Source: Squalus acanthias (Eukaryota). Taken from it: a DNA stretch of 64,000 bases. The translations under genes and the position numbers were made by a program. The notes beneath the pieces were generated by a model. It did not search any database and was not told the DNA's origin. It worked only from the letters and a program-made list of their open reading frames with translations. The DNA lies in the NCBI GenBank assembly GCA_030390025.1, contig JASTWF010000035.1, positions 868,001-932,000 of the forward strand, given 5' to 3'. The first letter of the stretch is position 1; the number at the start of each line of letters is the position of its first letter. Below are positions 12,871-24,603 of this stretch, in pieces.

Positions 12871-13520
12871 GGATCAGACTGGGAACAGGGTGGGAATGGG
12901 ACCGAGAGTCCAGGATCAGACTGGGAACAGGGCGGAGTGGGACTGAGAGTCCAGGATCAGACTGGGAACAGAGCGGGAGTGGGACTGAGAGTCCAGGATC
13001 AGACTGGGAACAGGGCGGGAGTGGGACTGAGAGTCCAGGATCAGACTGGGAACAGGGCGGGAGTGGGACTGAGAGTCCAGGATCAGACTGGGAACAGGGC
13101 GGGAGTGGGACTGAGAGTCCAGGATCAGACTGGGAACAGGGCGGAGTGGGACTGAGAGTCCAGGATCAGACTGGGAACAGGGCCAGAGTGGGACTGAGAG
13201 TCCAGGATCAGACTGGGAACAGGGCGGGAGTGGGACTTAGAGTCCAGGATCGGACTGGGAACAGGACGGGAGTGGGACTGAGAGTCCAGGATCAGACTGG
13301 GAACAGGGCCAGAGTGGGACTGAGAGTCCAGGATCAGACTGGGAACAGGGCGGAGTGGGACTGAGAGTCCAGGATCAGACTGGGAACAGGGCGGAGTGGG
13401 ACTGAGAGTCCAGGATCAGACTGGGAACAGGGCCAGAGTGGGACTGAGAGTCCAGGATCAGACTGGGAACAGGGCGGGAGTGGGACTGAGAGTCCTGGAT
13501 CCCAGGATCAGACTGGGAAC
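12871..13520. repeat. Minisatellite, 41-42 bp unit, ~15 copies
   Basis: Tandem ggatcagactgggaacagggcgggagtgggactgagagtcca. Confidence 0.95.
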
Positions 13521-15532
13521 GTTTCCTCAGTTACCTAAGACCCGTGCATGTACGTCGGAATGATGTCTTACACTCACCTTCTCATGGTGCAAGAATCATG
13601 TCAATTGTCAAATCCTTTTATTTCAATTAAATATATTTATATAAAACCACTGCAGTCTAATTACAGAATTTGTTTATCCCAGTTTGGCATAAAAATAAAA
13701 CAAAAAAGGTGACTCAACCGTGGCTAACAAGGGAAATCAGGGATAGCATAAGATCCAAGGAGAGGACATATAAATTGGCCAGAAAAAGCAGTAAACCTGA
13801 GGATTGGGAGCAGTTTAGGATTCAGCAAAGGAGGACAAAGGGAATAATTAAGAGGGGTAAAATAGAATATGAGAGTAAGCTTGCAGGGAACATAAAAACT
13901 GACTGTAAAAGTTTCTATGGATATGTGAAGAGAAAAAGATTGGTGAAGTCAAGCGTAGGTCCCTTGCAGTCAGTATCAGGGGAATTTATAATGGGAAACA
14001 AAGAAATGGCAGTCCAATTAAATACATACTTTGGTTCTGTCTTCACAAAGGAGGACACAAATAACCTCCCAGAGATGTCGGGAATATAGGGTCTAATGAG
14101 AGGGAGGAATTGAATGAAATCAGTATTTGTAGGGAAATGGTGTTAGGGAAATTGATGGGATTGAAGGCCGATAAATCCCCAGGGCCTGATAATCCACATT
14201 CTAGGGTACTTAAGGAAGTGGCCCTAGAAATAGTAGATGCATTGCTGGTCATCTTCCAACATTCGATGGAATCTGGAACAATACCCATGGATTGGAGGGT
14301 AGCTAATGTAACCCTACTATTCAAAAAAGGTGGTAGAGAGAAAACGGGGAATTATAGACCGGTAAGCCTGACATCGGTAGTGGGGAAAATGCTAGAGTCC
14401 ATTATAAAAGATGTAATAGCAGAGCACTTGGAAAACAGTGACAGGATCGGACAAAGTCAACATGGATTTACAAAAGGGAAATCATGCTTGACCAATTTAC
14501 TGGAATTTTTTGAGGATGTAACTGGTAGAATAGATAAGGGAGAACCAGTGGATATGGTGTATTTGGACTTTCAGAAGGCTTTTGATAAGGTCCCGCATAA
14601 GACATTGGCGTGCAAAGTTAAAGCACATGGGATTGGGGGTAAGGTACTGACTTGGATAGAGAACTGGTTGGCAGACAGGAAGCAAAGAGTTGGAATAAAC
14701 GGGTCTTTTTCCGAGTGGCAGGCAGTGACTAGTGGGGTACCGCAGGGATCGGTGCTAGGACCCCAGCTATTCACAATATATATTAATGATCTAGACGAGG
14801 GAACTAGATGTAATATCTCCAAGTTTGCAGACGACACAAAGCTGGGTGGGCGTGTGTGCTGTGAGGAGGATGCAGAGAAACTCCAGGATGATTTGGACAG
14901 ATTGGGTGATTGGGCATGTGGAAACGTGAATAAAATGGACGACGAATTGGCTTACAAAGAATGGCTTCGCACAAGGAAAGTCTAGATTAGATTAAAGAGT
15001 GCAAAGCTAGCAGAAAGGAGAGAGACCTGCCCCAGCCTGGGGCCAAGATGATTGACTAGCTATTGTGCGGCGCCCAATCACGATCCGGCACTTTAGGGAG
15101 GCAGGTGCAGCAGTGAGACAAGTCAGAACTTGCCCGCCAGACTGAAAACCCGGTTCTCAAACTGAAAGGGCTAAAGGGACCCCCATTGGAGAACGCTTGT
15201 TGCCAGGGAAGTGATGTAATGACCCATGCCTCACTGTATAAAAGGGGCTTCCCTGCCGGTACTCTCGCTCTCTCTCTTTTTGGCTAGAAGCCGTGTGGAT
15301 CATCAAGAGGGTCAGACTCCTCCCGGGGACGTAAATGCTGGCAACACGTGCCTAACCCGGTGTGACTCTCGGGACACGAATGTACGGTAGAGAACCTCGA
15401 TGTACTGTGTAACCATCGCCGAACAGTTGGAAGTAATAGTGTTGTTTTAACTCTCCGAACCCTCGAGCCTGAATTACTCTTCGTACAGCGGAACTCCAGA
15501 CGAGAACCTAGGAAAACCCGGTTCTAACAACT

Positions 15533-15550
15533 TGGCGTAGTCAGCAGGAT
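15533..15550 (+). promoter_or_regulatory. Primer-binding site, tRNA-Ser
   Basis: TGGCGTAGTCAGCAGGAT matches the complement of the vertebrate tRNA-Ser 3' end (TGGCGTAGTCGGCAGGAT) at 17/18, 3 nt after the LTR end. Confidence 0.88.
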
Positions 15551-15766
15551 CGCAAGACATCAAGAAAGGGGAAAAAGGTAAGCGCTATAATTTATTGTGC
15601 CCTTTTTGCACCCTGTCTCTGCGATCTTTATTGAACGAACCAACCAGGTAGCGTACCCTCTGGCTGGCGGTTAACGGAGCACAGTGTCCCATTGCTAGCA
15701 CGCGACGGAGTCTGGGACTCTGATCTATTGATAAACTTATTCGTTAAGTCTACGACCTGTGGCAAC

Positions 15767-18700
15767 ATGACGGAACCAAGTAAAAAACCAACGACGGAAA
15801 AAGGAGGCAAAGCCCCTCCTGAAACCTTTCTAGGTCAAACAGTTGGGATGGGATAGTTTTTGCACAGTGTGTGCAGGAGGGTTTCCTGACACAATATGTG
15901 GATAGGCCGACAAGAGCTGGGGCCACGTTGGATTTGGTACTGGGTAATGAACCGGGCCAAGTGTTTGATTTGTATGTGGGAGAGCACTTTGGAGATAGTG
16001 ACCACAATTCGGTAACTTTCACTATTGCAATGGAGAGGGATAGGGCCATACGGCAGGGCAGGGTTTATAATTGGGGGAGGGGTAATTATGATGCGATTAG
16101 GCAAGAATTAGGGAGTATAAGATGGGAACAGAAACTATCAGGGAAAGGCACAAACGAAAAGTGGAGCTTTTTCATGGAGCAATTACTGCGTGTCCTTGAT
16201 AGGTATGTCCCTGTCAGGCAGGGAGGAAATGGCCGAGTGAGAGAACCATGGTTCACAAAAGAGGTTGAATGTCTAGTCAAGAGGAAAAAGGAAGCGTATG
16301 TAAGGATGAGAAAACAAGGTTCAGTTGGGTCGATTGAGGGGTACAAGGTAGCAAGGAATGAGCTAAAAAAAGAGCTTAGGAGAGCTAGGAGGGGGCATGA
16401 GAAGTCCTTGGCGGGTCGGATCAAGAAAAACCCCAAGGCTTTTTACTCTTATGTGAGAAATAAAAGAATGACCAGGGTGAGGGTAGGGCCGGTCAAGGAC
16501 AGTAGTGGGAACTTGTGCATGGAGTCAGAAGAGATAGGAGAGGTGATGAATGAATACTTTTCGTCAGTGTTCACTGAGGAGAGGGGCCATGTTCTTGAGG
16601 ATGAGAGTGTGATAAAGGTGGATAGGCTGGAGGTGGTAGATGTTCTGAGGGAAGATGTTTTAGCAATTTTGAAGAACCTGAGGGTCGATAAGTCCCCTGG
16701 GCCAGATGGGATATATCCTAGGATTCTTTGGGAGGCAAGGGAGGAGATTGCAGAGCCTCTGGCTTTGATCTTTGGGTCCTCACTGTCCACGGGGATGGTG
16801 CCAGAGGACTGGAGAGTGGCGAATGTTGTTCCTCTCTTCAAGAAAGGAAATAGGAATGACCCTGGTAATTATAGGCCAGTTAGTCTTACTTCGGTGGTTG
16901 GTAAGATAATGGAAAAGGTCCTGAGGGATAGGATTTATGACCATTTGGAAAGGGGCAACTTAATCAGGGATAGTCAACACGGATTCGTGAAGGGTAAGTC
17001 TTGCCTAACAAATTTGATTGAATTCTTTGAGGAGGTAACTAAGTGTGTAGATGAAGGTAGAGCAGTTGATGTCGTATACATGGATTTTAGTAAGGCGTTT
17101 GATAAGGTTCCCCATGGTCGGCTCATGAAGAAAGTAAGGAGTTGTGGGATAGAGGGAAATTTGGCCGATTGGATAAGTAACTGGCTATCTCATAGAAGGC
17201 AGAGGGTGGTGGTGGATGGAACATTTTCGGACTGGAGACCAGTTACCAGCGGTGTGCCACAGGGGTCGGTGCTGGGTCCTCTGCTGTTTGTGATTTTTAT
17301 CAATGACTTGGAGGAGGGGACTGAAGGGTGGATCAGTAAATTTGCTGATGACACCAAGATTGGTGGAGTAGTGGATGAGGTGGAGGGCAGTTGTAGGCTG
17401 CAAAGAGACATTGATAGGATGCAGAGCTGGGCCGAAAAATGGCAGATGGAATTTAACCCTGATAAGTGCGAGGTGATTCATTTTGGTAGGGCAAATGTGA
17501 ATAAGGATTACAGGGTCAACGGCAGGGTTCTGAGGAATGTGGAGGAGCAGAGGGATCTGGGGGTTCATATCCACAGATCTCTGAAGGTTGCCACTCAAGT
17601 GGATAGAGCAGTAAAGAAGGCCTATGGTGTGTTGGCGTTTATTAACAGAGGGTTTGAGTTTAAGAACCGTGAGGTTATGCTGCAACTGTACAGGACCTTG
17701 GTGAGACCACATTTGGAATATTGTGTGCAGTTCTGGTCACCTCACTATAGGAAGGACGTGGAAGCATTGGAAAGAGTGCAAAGGAGATTTACCAGGATGC
17801 TGCCTGGTTTGGGGGGGAGGTCTTATGAGGAAAGATTGAGGGAGTTGGGGCTTTTCTCTTTAGAGCGGAGGAGGATGAGAGGCGACTTAATAGAGGTTTA
17901 TAAGATGATGAGGGGGATAGATAGAGTGGATGTTCAGAGACTATTTCCTCGGGTAGAGGCAGCTGTTACAAGGGGGCATAACTATAAGGTGCATGGGGGG
18001 AGATATAGAAGGGATGTCCGAGGTAGATTCTTTACTCAGAGAGTGGTTGGGGTGTGGAAAGGACTGCCTGCTGTGATAGTGGAGTTGGACACTTTAGGAA
18101 CTTTCAAGCTGTTATTGGATAAGCACATGGAGCACACCAGAGTGATAGGGAGTGTGATAGCTTGATCTTGGTCTCGGACAATGCTCGGCACAACATCGAG
18201 GGCCGAAGGGCCTGTACTGTGCTGTACTGTTCTATGTTCTATGAAACCACGTTAGAAGAAATAGTAATCCAACTTAAACAGTATATAGAAAGTACATTCG
18301 ATGTCCCACAACATGAATATAATATTGAACAAAAATTTGGTGCCTCAAAAGGACAATGGTCCCTTGATGATATAAAAAGAGCATGGGGCAAGACCACCCG
18401 TATGAAAGGAGGGAAAAGAAAAATGGGCTGGGTATTGGCCACCTTGAAACAGTGTAGGCAGAGGGGAGAAATAACTCGGAAAGCGGCAGAGGCCAAAGAA
18501 AGAGAACAAAAAATAGCTCTCCATGAACAAATAACAAAATATAAAACCGAGTTAGAGGAACACCAAAAATGCCTTGAAAAAGCAAATGAAAGAGCAGAAA
18601 AGTGGAAGGCAAAAACCAAGAAGGAAAGGGAGGCACATAGGGAAAGCCCAAAAGTGGTGACGATTACCCCGACGCCCTTGTACCCTACCTATCCTGCAGC

Positions 18701-20021
18701 CCCCCCTACAGCCCCTCCGGCATATGAACAGCCCACGCCCCAACCCCGATCAGACGAAGCCCATATTGCTAAAATAAATACTCCTCTTCCGGACTCATCA
18801 GACGAAGGAGATGTAACCGAGAAACCACCCCCACGCCTTGCCCCCATCAGATTACAAAAACATGAAGTAGGCGGCCGAAATCTCCGAATTTATACCTATT
18901 ACCCGGCCAACCCAAAAGATATAGATCAATGGGCAACTGATATGCCGCACCCAAAGAAAAGCGGAGTAAAAGCCTGGCAGTTCTTGGAACGAAAAAGAAC
19001 AATCTATAACCTGCACCCATTTGATGGATGCCAGGTTATAGCAGTAGTAGTTAGCGCAAGAGAGTCGGCCGCCCTGACGGCAATAGTAAATATGACCGTC
19101 ACCAGACAAGCAAACGCCCTACTTAACACAGCCAGACAAGCACACCAAGTGGCATTAGCGGCGCATCAAGCAGCCCACCCACCTCCAGCTGCCGGAGCCG
19201 TACTCCCTGCCGTACCACCTCCAGCTCCACCAGTCCTAATAGTCCCCCCTGACCTAGCTATGATAGAGTCAGAAGCCGATAGGACAGAAGGGTGGACGGC
19301 CATTAGAAATTGGCTACAGGAAAGGGGCCCAACCAATCCAGACTGGTCCAAAATAGCCTCCTGTGTCCAAAAAGAAAAAGAAGACCCCAATGACTTCGCC
19401 GTTCGTTCTGCTAACCAGTGGATAGAGTACTCTGGCATGGGACAGAATACCGAAGCAGAGGTGGATGCCTGCACCCATGAACCCTTAAAAAATGCATTTA
19501 TGAATGGTTTGAGACCTGACCTGGCAAAATTGGTAAAATTAACAATGGCAGACTGGAAAACAAACGCAGTCTCTTTTGCGAACTTGACCCAACAAGCCGT
19601 AACCCAGGATAGAGAACACTGTGCCAATCTCCGAGTCATGAAACTAAACCCCCCGGAGCGAGTAAGCTCTGCATCCCCCTCGGGAAACCCAGATAAGAAA
19701 CCAGGCACTTGCTACAAATGTGGGAAAGAGGGACACTGGGCGAGAACATGCCGAGTGGGTAACAGGGGTAGATGAAGAAGTAACAATGGAGGAAGAGGTG
19801 GGGGAGGGCAATGGCAAGGACGGGCAGTCCCAGATAATCAACCCGGTACAAACCCGTGGCAGACCCTGGGCGCCGCCGGCCTTTATGACACCCAGACAAT
19901 TACCTCCTCCCCACCGACCCTTAGTTCTGGAGAAATGGCGATAGTGGAAATGTACCGGAACTCAAACTCCACCGGAAGGGAAACCTTCGATGGCATAGCC
20001 CGACAGCAAGCAAAAAACTAA
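15767..20021 (+). pseudogene. gag: Gag (15767-15826 + 18249-20021), interrupted by CR1 and one TGA at 19773
   Basis: MTEPSKKPTTEKGGKAPPET joins in frame to TLEEIVIQ... Contains a coiled coil, Pro-rich region, CA-like DWSKIASCVQKEKEDPNDFAVR and zinc knuckle CYKCGKEGHWARTC. The frame stays open for 81 codons past the TGA, to TAATAG. Confidence 0.88.
15827..18241 (+). mobile_element. Young 5'-truncated CR1 with an uninterrupted 764-aa ORF2 fragment
   Basis: ORF 15871-18165, (TTCTATG)n tail and 7-bp TSD TGAAACC (15820-15826, 18242-18248). Confidence 0.96.
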
Positions 20022-21527
20022 TAGACCTGTAAAGTTTCGCAATTATCGCGATTCGAAATAACGAGATAGAAGCAGATTCGTTTGTTCAGTTTATTTAAAC
20101 GAAATGCTGTCATGATTAAACAGGACACAGAAGCCTGTAAAATGGCCGTCGTGCATCGTGGCAGAAGTTTCCAGAAGTACAGTGGGCAGACAAGATGGCG
20201 TTCGAATAAACATTTTTGATAAGCACTGATAAAGACAGGATGCAACCTGTTTGCATTTGTGACAATAGCAAAAGATATGAGTGCTGGAATCGTTTTCCAT
20301 GCACAAGTAAGGACCATTGTACTGGGCAATCGAAGGCCTATCCAGACACTTCAATACGCAAATACCCCCACGGCTCTACAATGTGTAACCATCGCCGAAC
20401 AGTTGGAAGTAATAAAGTGTTGTTTTAACTCTCCGAACCCTCGAGCCTGAATTACTCTTCGTACAGCGGAACTCCAGACGAGAACCTAGGAAAACCCGGT
20501 TCTAACAGGCAGATGCAGTATAATGTGGATAAATGCGAGGTTATCCACTTTGGTGGCAAAAACAGGAAGACAGATTATTATCTGAACGGCAATAGATTGG
20601 GAAAAGGGGAAGTGCCACGAGACCTGGGTGTCCTTGTACACCAGTCGCTGAAGGTAAGCATGCAGGTGCAGCAGGTGGTTAAGAAGGCAAATGGTATGTT
20701 GGCCTTCATAGCGAGAGGATTCGAGTACAGGAGCAAGGATGTCTTGCTGCAGTTGTACAGGGCCTTGGTGAGACCACACCTTGAGTATTGTGTGCAGTTT
20801 TGGTCGCCTTATCTGAGGAAGGATGTTCTTGCCATGGAGGGATGCAGCGAAGATTCACCAGACTGATACCTGGGATGGCAGGAATGACGTATGAAGAGAG
20901 ATTGGGTCGATTAGGCTTATATTCGCTAGAGTTTAGAAGAATGAGAGGGGATCTCATTGAAACTTATAAAATTCTAACAGGACTAGACAGACTAAATGCA
21001 GGAAGGATGTTCCTGATGGCCGGGGAGTCCAGAACCAGAGGTCACAGTCTAGGGATAAGGGGTAAGCCATTTAGGACTGAGATGAGGAGGAATTTCTTCA
21101 CCCAGAGATTGGTGAACCTGTGGAATTCTCTACCACAAAAGGCAGTTGAGGCCAATTCATTAAATATATTCAAGAAGGAGTTAGATATATTTCTTAAGGC
21201 TAAAGGGACCAAGGGATATGGGGAGAAGGCAGGGACAGGGTACTGAATTTGGATGATCAGCCATGACCGCATTGAATGGCGGAGCAGGCTCGAGGGGCCA
21301 AATGGCCTACTCCTGCTCCTATCTTCTATGTTTCTATGTTTTCTTTGGGCTGCAAACGTTGAATCACAGAACACTTCAAAACACTGGGAAATCAACCGAA
21401 AACATGTGAAAAATCAATCATTCCTGCGGAGCAGAGCCCCAGACCCTTCCCTACTTTCAGCTCTTTGGCTTTGTCCCCAGGCTCTACATTATTCGACACT
21501 GTTGCACGTTAAAGACCATCACATTAC

Positions 21528-21767
21528 CTGAAGCGCCTGCGTTATTTACAAGGATATCCAGCCGTTTCTCCTCCTTCTTAATCCGCTCCGTGAAGTTCCT
21601 CACCGATTCCATGGAGCTGGTGTCCAGAATGCGCAGGTGAACGTTACTGTTCCCCGTCCTGCGCCGTATCTCTCGCTCCGCTCTCTGTCCTCGCTGCAAA
21701 CTACGGCAGGCCAGGATCACACGAGCATTTCTCTGGGCAAAGTCCTGAGCGATGTACCTCCCGATCC
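21528..21767 (-). CDS. Retinol dehydrogenase-like SDR, coding exon 2
   Basis: cag|...|gtaat, 240 bp, (G)IGRYIAQDFAQRNARVILACRS...RLDILVNNAGAS with the NNAG motif. Confidence 0.94.
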
Positions 21768-21983
21768 CTGGGCACACAGGAAAAAGGCTCACGGCAATGA
21801 AGCTCCAAAACACAACGCTTTTCCTTTAGGGAACTGGCTAAATACTGGAAGGAGAAAAAACTGCAGGGATATGGGGAAAGAGCGGGAGTGGGACTGACTG
21901 GATTGCTCTTCGAAAGAGCCGGCGCAGACTCGATGGGCCGAATGGCCTCCTGTGCAGTACTAATGATTCTATGAGGGGGGACT

Positions 21984-23298
21984 CCTCCTTTACAACATCC
22001 CTCTCTCTCTCTCTCCTTTACAACATCCCCCTCTCTCTCTCTCTCCTTTACAACATCCCTCTCTCTCTCCTTTACAACATCCCTCTCTCTCTCCTTTACA
22101 ACATCCCTCTCTCTCTCTCTCCTTTACAACATCCCTCTCTCTCTCCTTTACAACATCCCTCTCTCTCCTTTAGAACATCCCTTTCTCTCCTTTACAACAT
22201 CCCTCTCTCTCTCTCCTTTACAACATCCCTCTCTCTCTCCTTTACAACATCCCTCTCTCTCTCCTTTACAACATCCCTCTCTCCTTTACAACATCCCTCT
22301 CTCTCTCCTTTACAACATCCCTCTCTCTTTTCTTTACAACATCCCTCTCTCTCTCTCCTTTACAACATCACTCTCTCTCTCTCTCTCTCCTTTAGAACAT
22401 CCCTCCCTCTCTCCTTTACATCCCTCTCTCTCTCCTTTAGAACATTCCTCCCTCTCTCCTTTACAACATCCCTCTCTCTCTCCTTTACAACATCCCCCTC
22501 TCTCTCTCCTTTACAACATCCCTCTCTCTCTCTCCTTTACATCCCTCTCTCTCTCTCTACAACATCCCTCCCTCTCTCTCTCCTTTACAACATCCCTCCC
22601 TCTCTCCGTTACAATATCCCTCCCTCTCTCTCCTTTACAACATCCCTCCCCCTCTCTCTCCTTTACAACATCCCTCCCTCTCTCTCCTTTACAACATCTC
22701 TCCCTCACTCTCTCTCTACAACATCACTCCCTCTCTCTCTTTACATCCCTCCCTCTCTCTCTCTCTTTACAACATCCTCCCCTCCCTCTCTCGCTCTTTA
22801 CATCTCTCCCTCTCTCCTTACAACATCCCTCCCTCTCTCTCTCCTATACATCCCTCCCTCTCTCTCCTTTACACCATCCCTCCCTCTCTCTCCTTTACAA
22901 CATCCCTCCCCCTCTCTCTCCTTTACAACATCCCTCCCTCTCCTTTACATCCCTCCCTCCCTCTCTCCTTTACAACATCCCTCTCTCTCTCTCTACAACA
23001 TCCTCCCTCTCTCTCTTTACAACATCCCTCCCTCTCTCTCTCTCTTTACAACATCCTCCCCTCCCTCTCTCTCTCTCTTTACAACATCCCTCCCTCCCTC
23101 TCTCCTTTACAACATCACTCTCTCTCTCTACAACATCCCTCCGTCTCTCTTTACAACATCCCTCCCTCTCTCTCTCTCTTTACAACATCCCTCCGTCTCT
23201 CTTTACAACATCCCTCCCTCTCTCTCTCCCTTTACAACATCCCTCCCTCTCTCTCTCTTTACAACATCCTCCCCTCCCTCTCTCCTTACAACATCCCT
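21984..23298. repeat. CT-rich minisatellite (tttacaacatccctctctctcc)n
   Basis: Directly visible tandem array. Confidence 0.95.
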
Positions 23299-23429
23299 CG
23301 GACAGGAAAGTGGAGTTGAGGGCAAAATCGGATCAGCCATGATCTCATTGAATGGCGGAGCAGGCTCGAGGGGTCGAATGGCCAACTCCTGCTCCTATTT
23401 CTTATGTTCTTATGTAAGTCTTTCTTTAT

Positions 23430-23915
23430 CATAGAATCATTGAAACTTACAGCACAGGAGGAAACCCTTCGGCCCGTCGTGCCTGTGCTGGCTCTGTGAA
23501 AGAGACGTCGTGCTTAGTCCCACAACCCCGCATTTTGTCTGGAACCCTGTAAGTTCCTCATCCTCAAGAACCCGTCCAACTCCCCTTTAAAATTATTGAT
23601 GGAATCAGCTTCCACCACCTTTTCAGGTCGAGCGTTCCAGATCCCAATAACTCTCCGAGTGAAAACATTTCTCCTCATCTCCCTCTCGATCTTTTGCCAA
23701 TGATGTTGAATCTAGGACCTCTGGTTATTGACCTACTTGCCAGAGGGAATAGTTTTTCTCTATTTACTCTCTCAAAAACTGTCAACATCTTGAAAAACCT
23801 TTATCAGGTCACCTCTTGACCTTCTCTGTTCCAAGGAGAACAGTCCAAACCTTTCCAACCTCTCCTCATAACTGAAGTCCCTGATCCCTGGTAACATCCT
23901 GGTAAACCTCCTCCT
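23430..23915 (-). mobile_element. Degenerate CR1 3' fragment
   Basis: Reverse-complement CR1 RT C-terminus and tail. Confidence 0.75.
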
Positions 23916-24200
23916 TTACATCTATAGCACTTTCAGTATTCCAAAGGCTTTTGAATTTTGTATTATAATGAATTTTCCAGTCTGTGCACCCTGGAGAATG
24001 CTTCAGACTTGTTGCCCAGTAACTGATCCAGCAGATTGAGTTTTGCACAGGTCTGGGCAGGGACATCTGAGGCACAGTCAAGGGAAATTTCATCACAGCT
24101 TTCATTTCCAAACGCTGGGATACGTTTTGTTGAGTTTAATGCCAAGCATTTGAAGGTTTTTATTGAGGGGAGATTGTTGGCCCTGCTCTTCATCCAATAT

Positions 24201-24407
24201 TGTCATGGGATCTTTAACACCCACCTGAACCAGCGACAGGGCATCGGTTTAACGTCTCATCCGAAAGACGGCACCTCTGCCAGTGCAGCACTCCCTCCAT
24301 ACTGCACTGAAAGGTCAGCCTGGATTATGGGGCTGAAGCTCTCGAGTGGGGCTTGAGCCCGTGACCTTCTGATTCGGAGGGAGGGGGAGTGTTACTGACT
24401 GAGCCAA
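24201..24407 (-). mobile_element. Deu-domain SINE (SacSINE1-like)
   Basis: Minus strand has a tRNA-like head (tggctcagtcagtaac...) and the Deu core gtgccgtctttcggatgagacgttaaaccga. Confidence 0.75.
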
Positions 24408-24425
24408 ACTGCTGCAGACTCTTAC

Positions 24426-24603
24426 CTGTGTTAGCTCCAGTGACAATGGCCGTTTTCCCAGTGAGATCCACTGGACACTCTCTCGGTCTCCACCATCTTC
24501 TCCTTTGCAACCGGACAACGAGATACAGGACAACTGAAACGATGAGCCAAACAGGGTGAGAGGCGAGTGAAATGAGCAGGGAGGTGAGCAGAGACAGCTC
24601 CAT
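24426..24603 (-). CDS. Retinol dehydrogenase 11/12-like SDR, first coding exon
   Basis: MELSLLTSLLISLASHPVWLIVSVVLYLVVR (signal anchor)...CPVDLTGKTAIVTGANT(G)|gtaag. TGxxxGIG Rossmann motif spans the exon 1/2 junction. Confidence 0.93.

Larger units (their letters stand above)
14917..20507 (+). mobile_element. Gag-only LTR element with tRNA-Ser PBS (lokiretrovirus/Bhikhari-like)
   Basis: 5' LTR 14917-15529 (TG..CA, TATA tgtataaaagg), PBS, single gag ORF, partial 3' LTR 20382-20507, and an apparent GGCA TSD. Confidence 0.88.
13665..21340 (+). mobile_element. CR1 LINE (13665-14916 + 20508-21340) split by the gag-only LTR element
   Basis: RT ORF breaks at ..RLGDWA (14916) and resumes at MQYNVDKC (20513). 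Confidence 0.92.

Noticed and set aside
12823..13520. Regular repeat array (CRISPR-like appearance) and repeat ORFs
   Set aside because: Head-to-tail units with no unique spacers, eukaryotic context and no cas genes.
18162..18248. N-terminus of the 537-aa ORF as given in the track
   Set aside because: These codons are CR1 3' UTR and TSD. The real Gag start is at 15767.
21971..23434. 487-aa Ser/Leu/Pro ORF
   Set aside because: CT-rich minisatellite lacking stop codons.
23979..24023. ttttccag followed by SVHPG, resembling an SDR exon motif
   Set aside because: Wrong strand for the RDH gene and closed by a stop after 13 codons.
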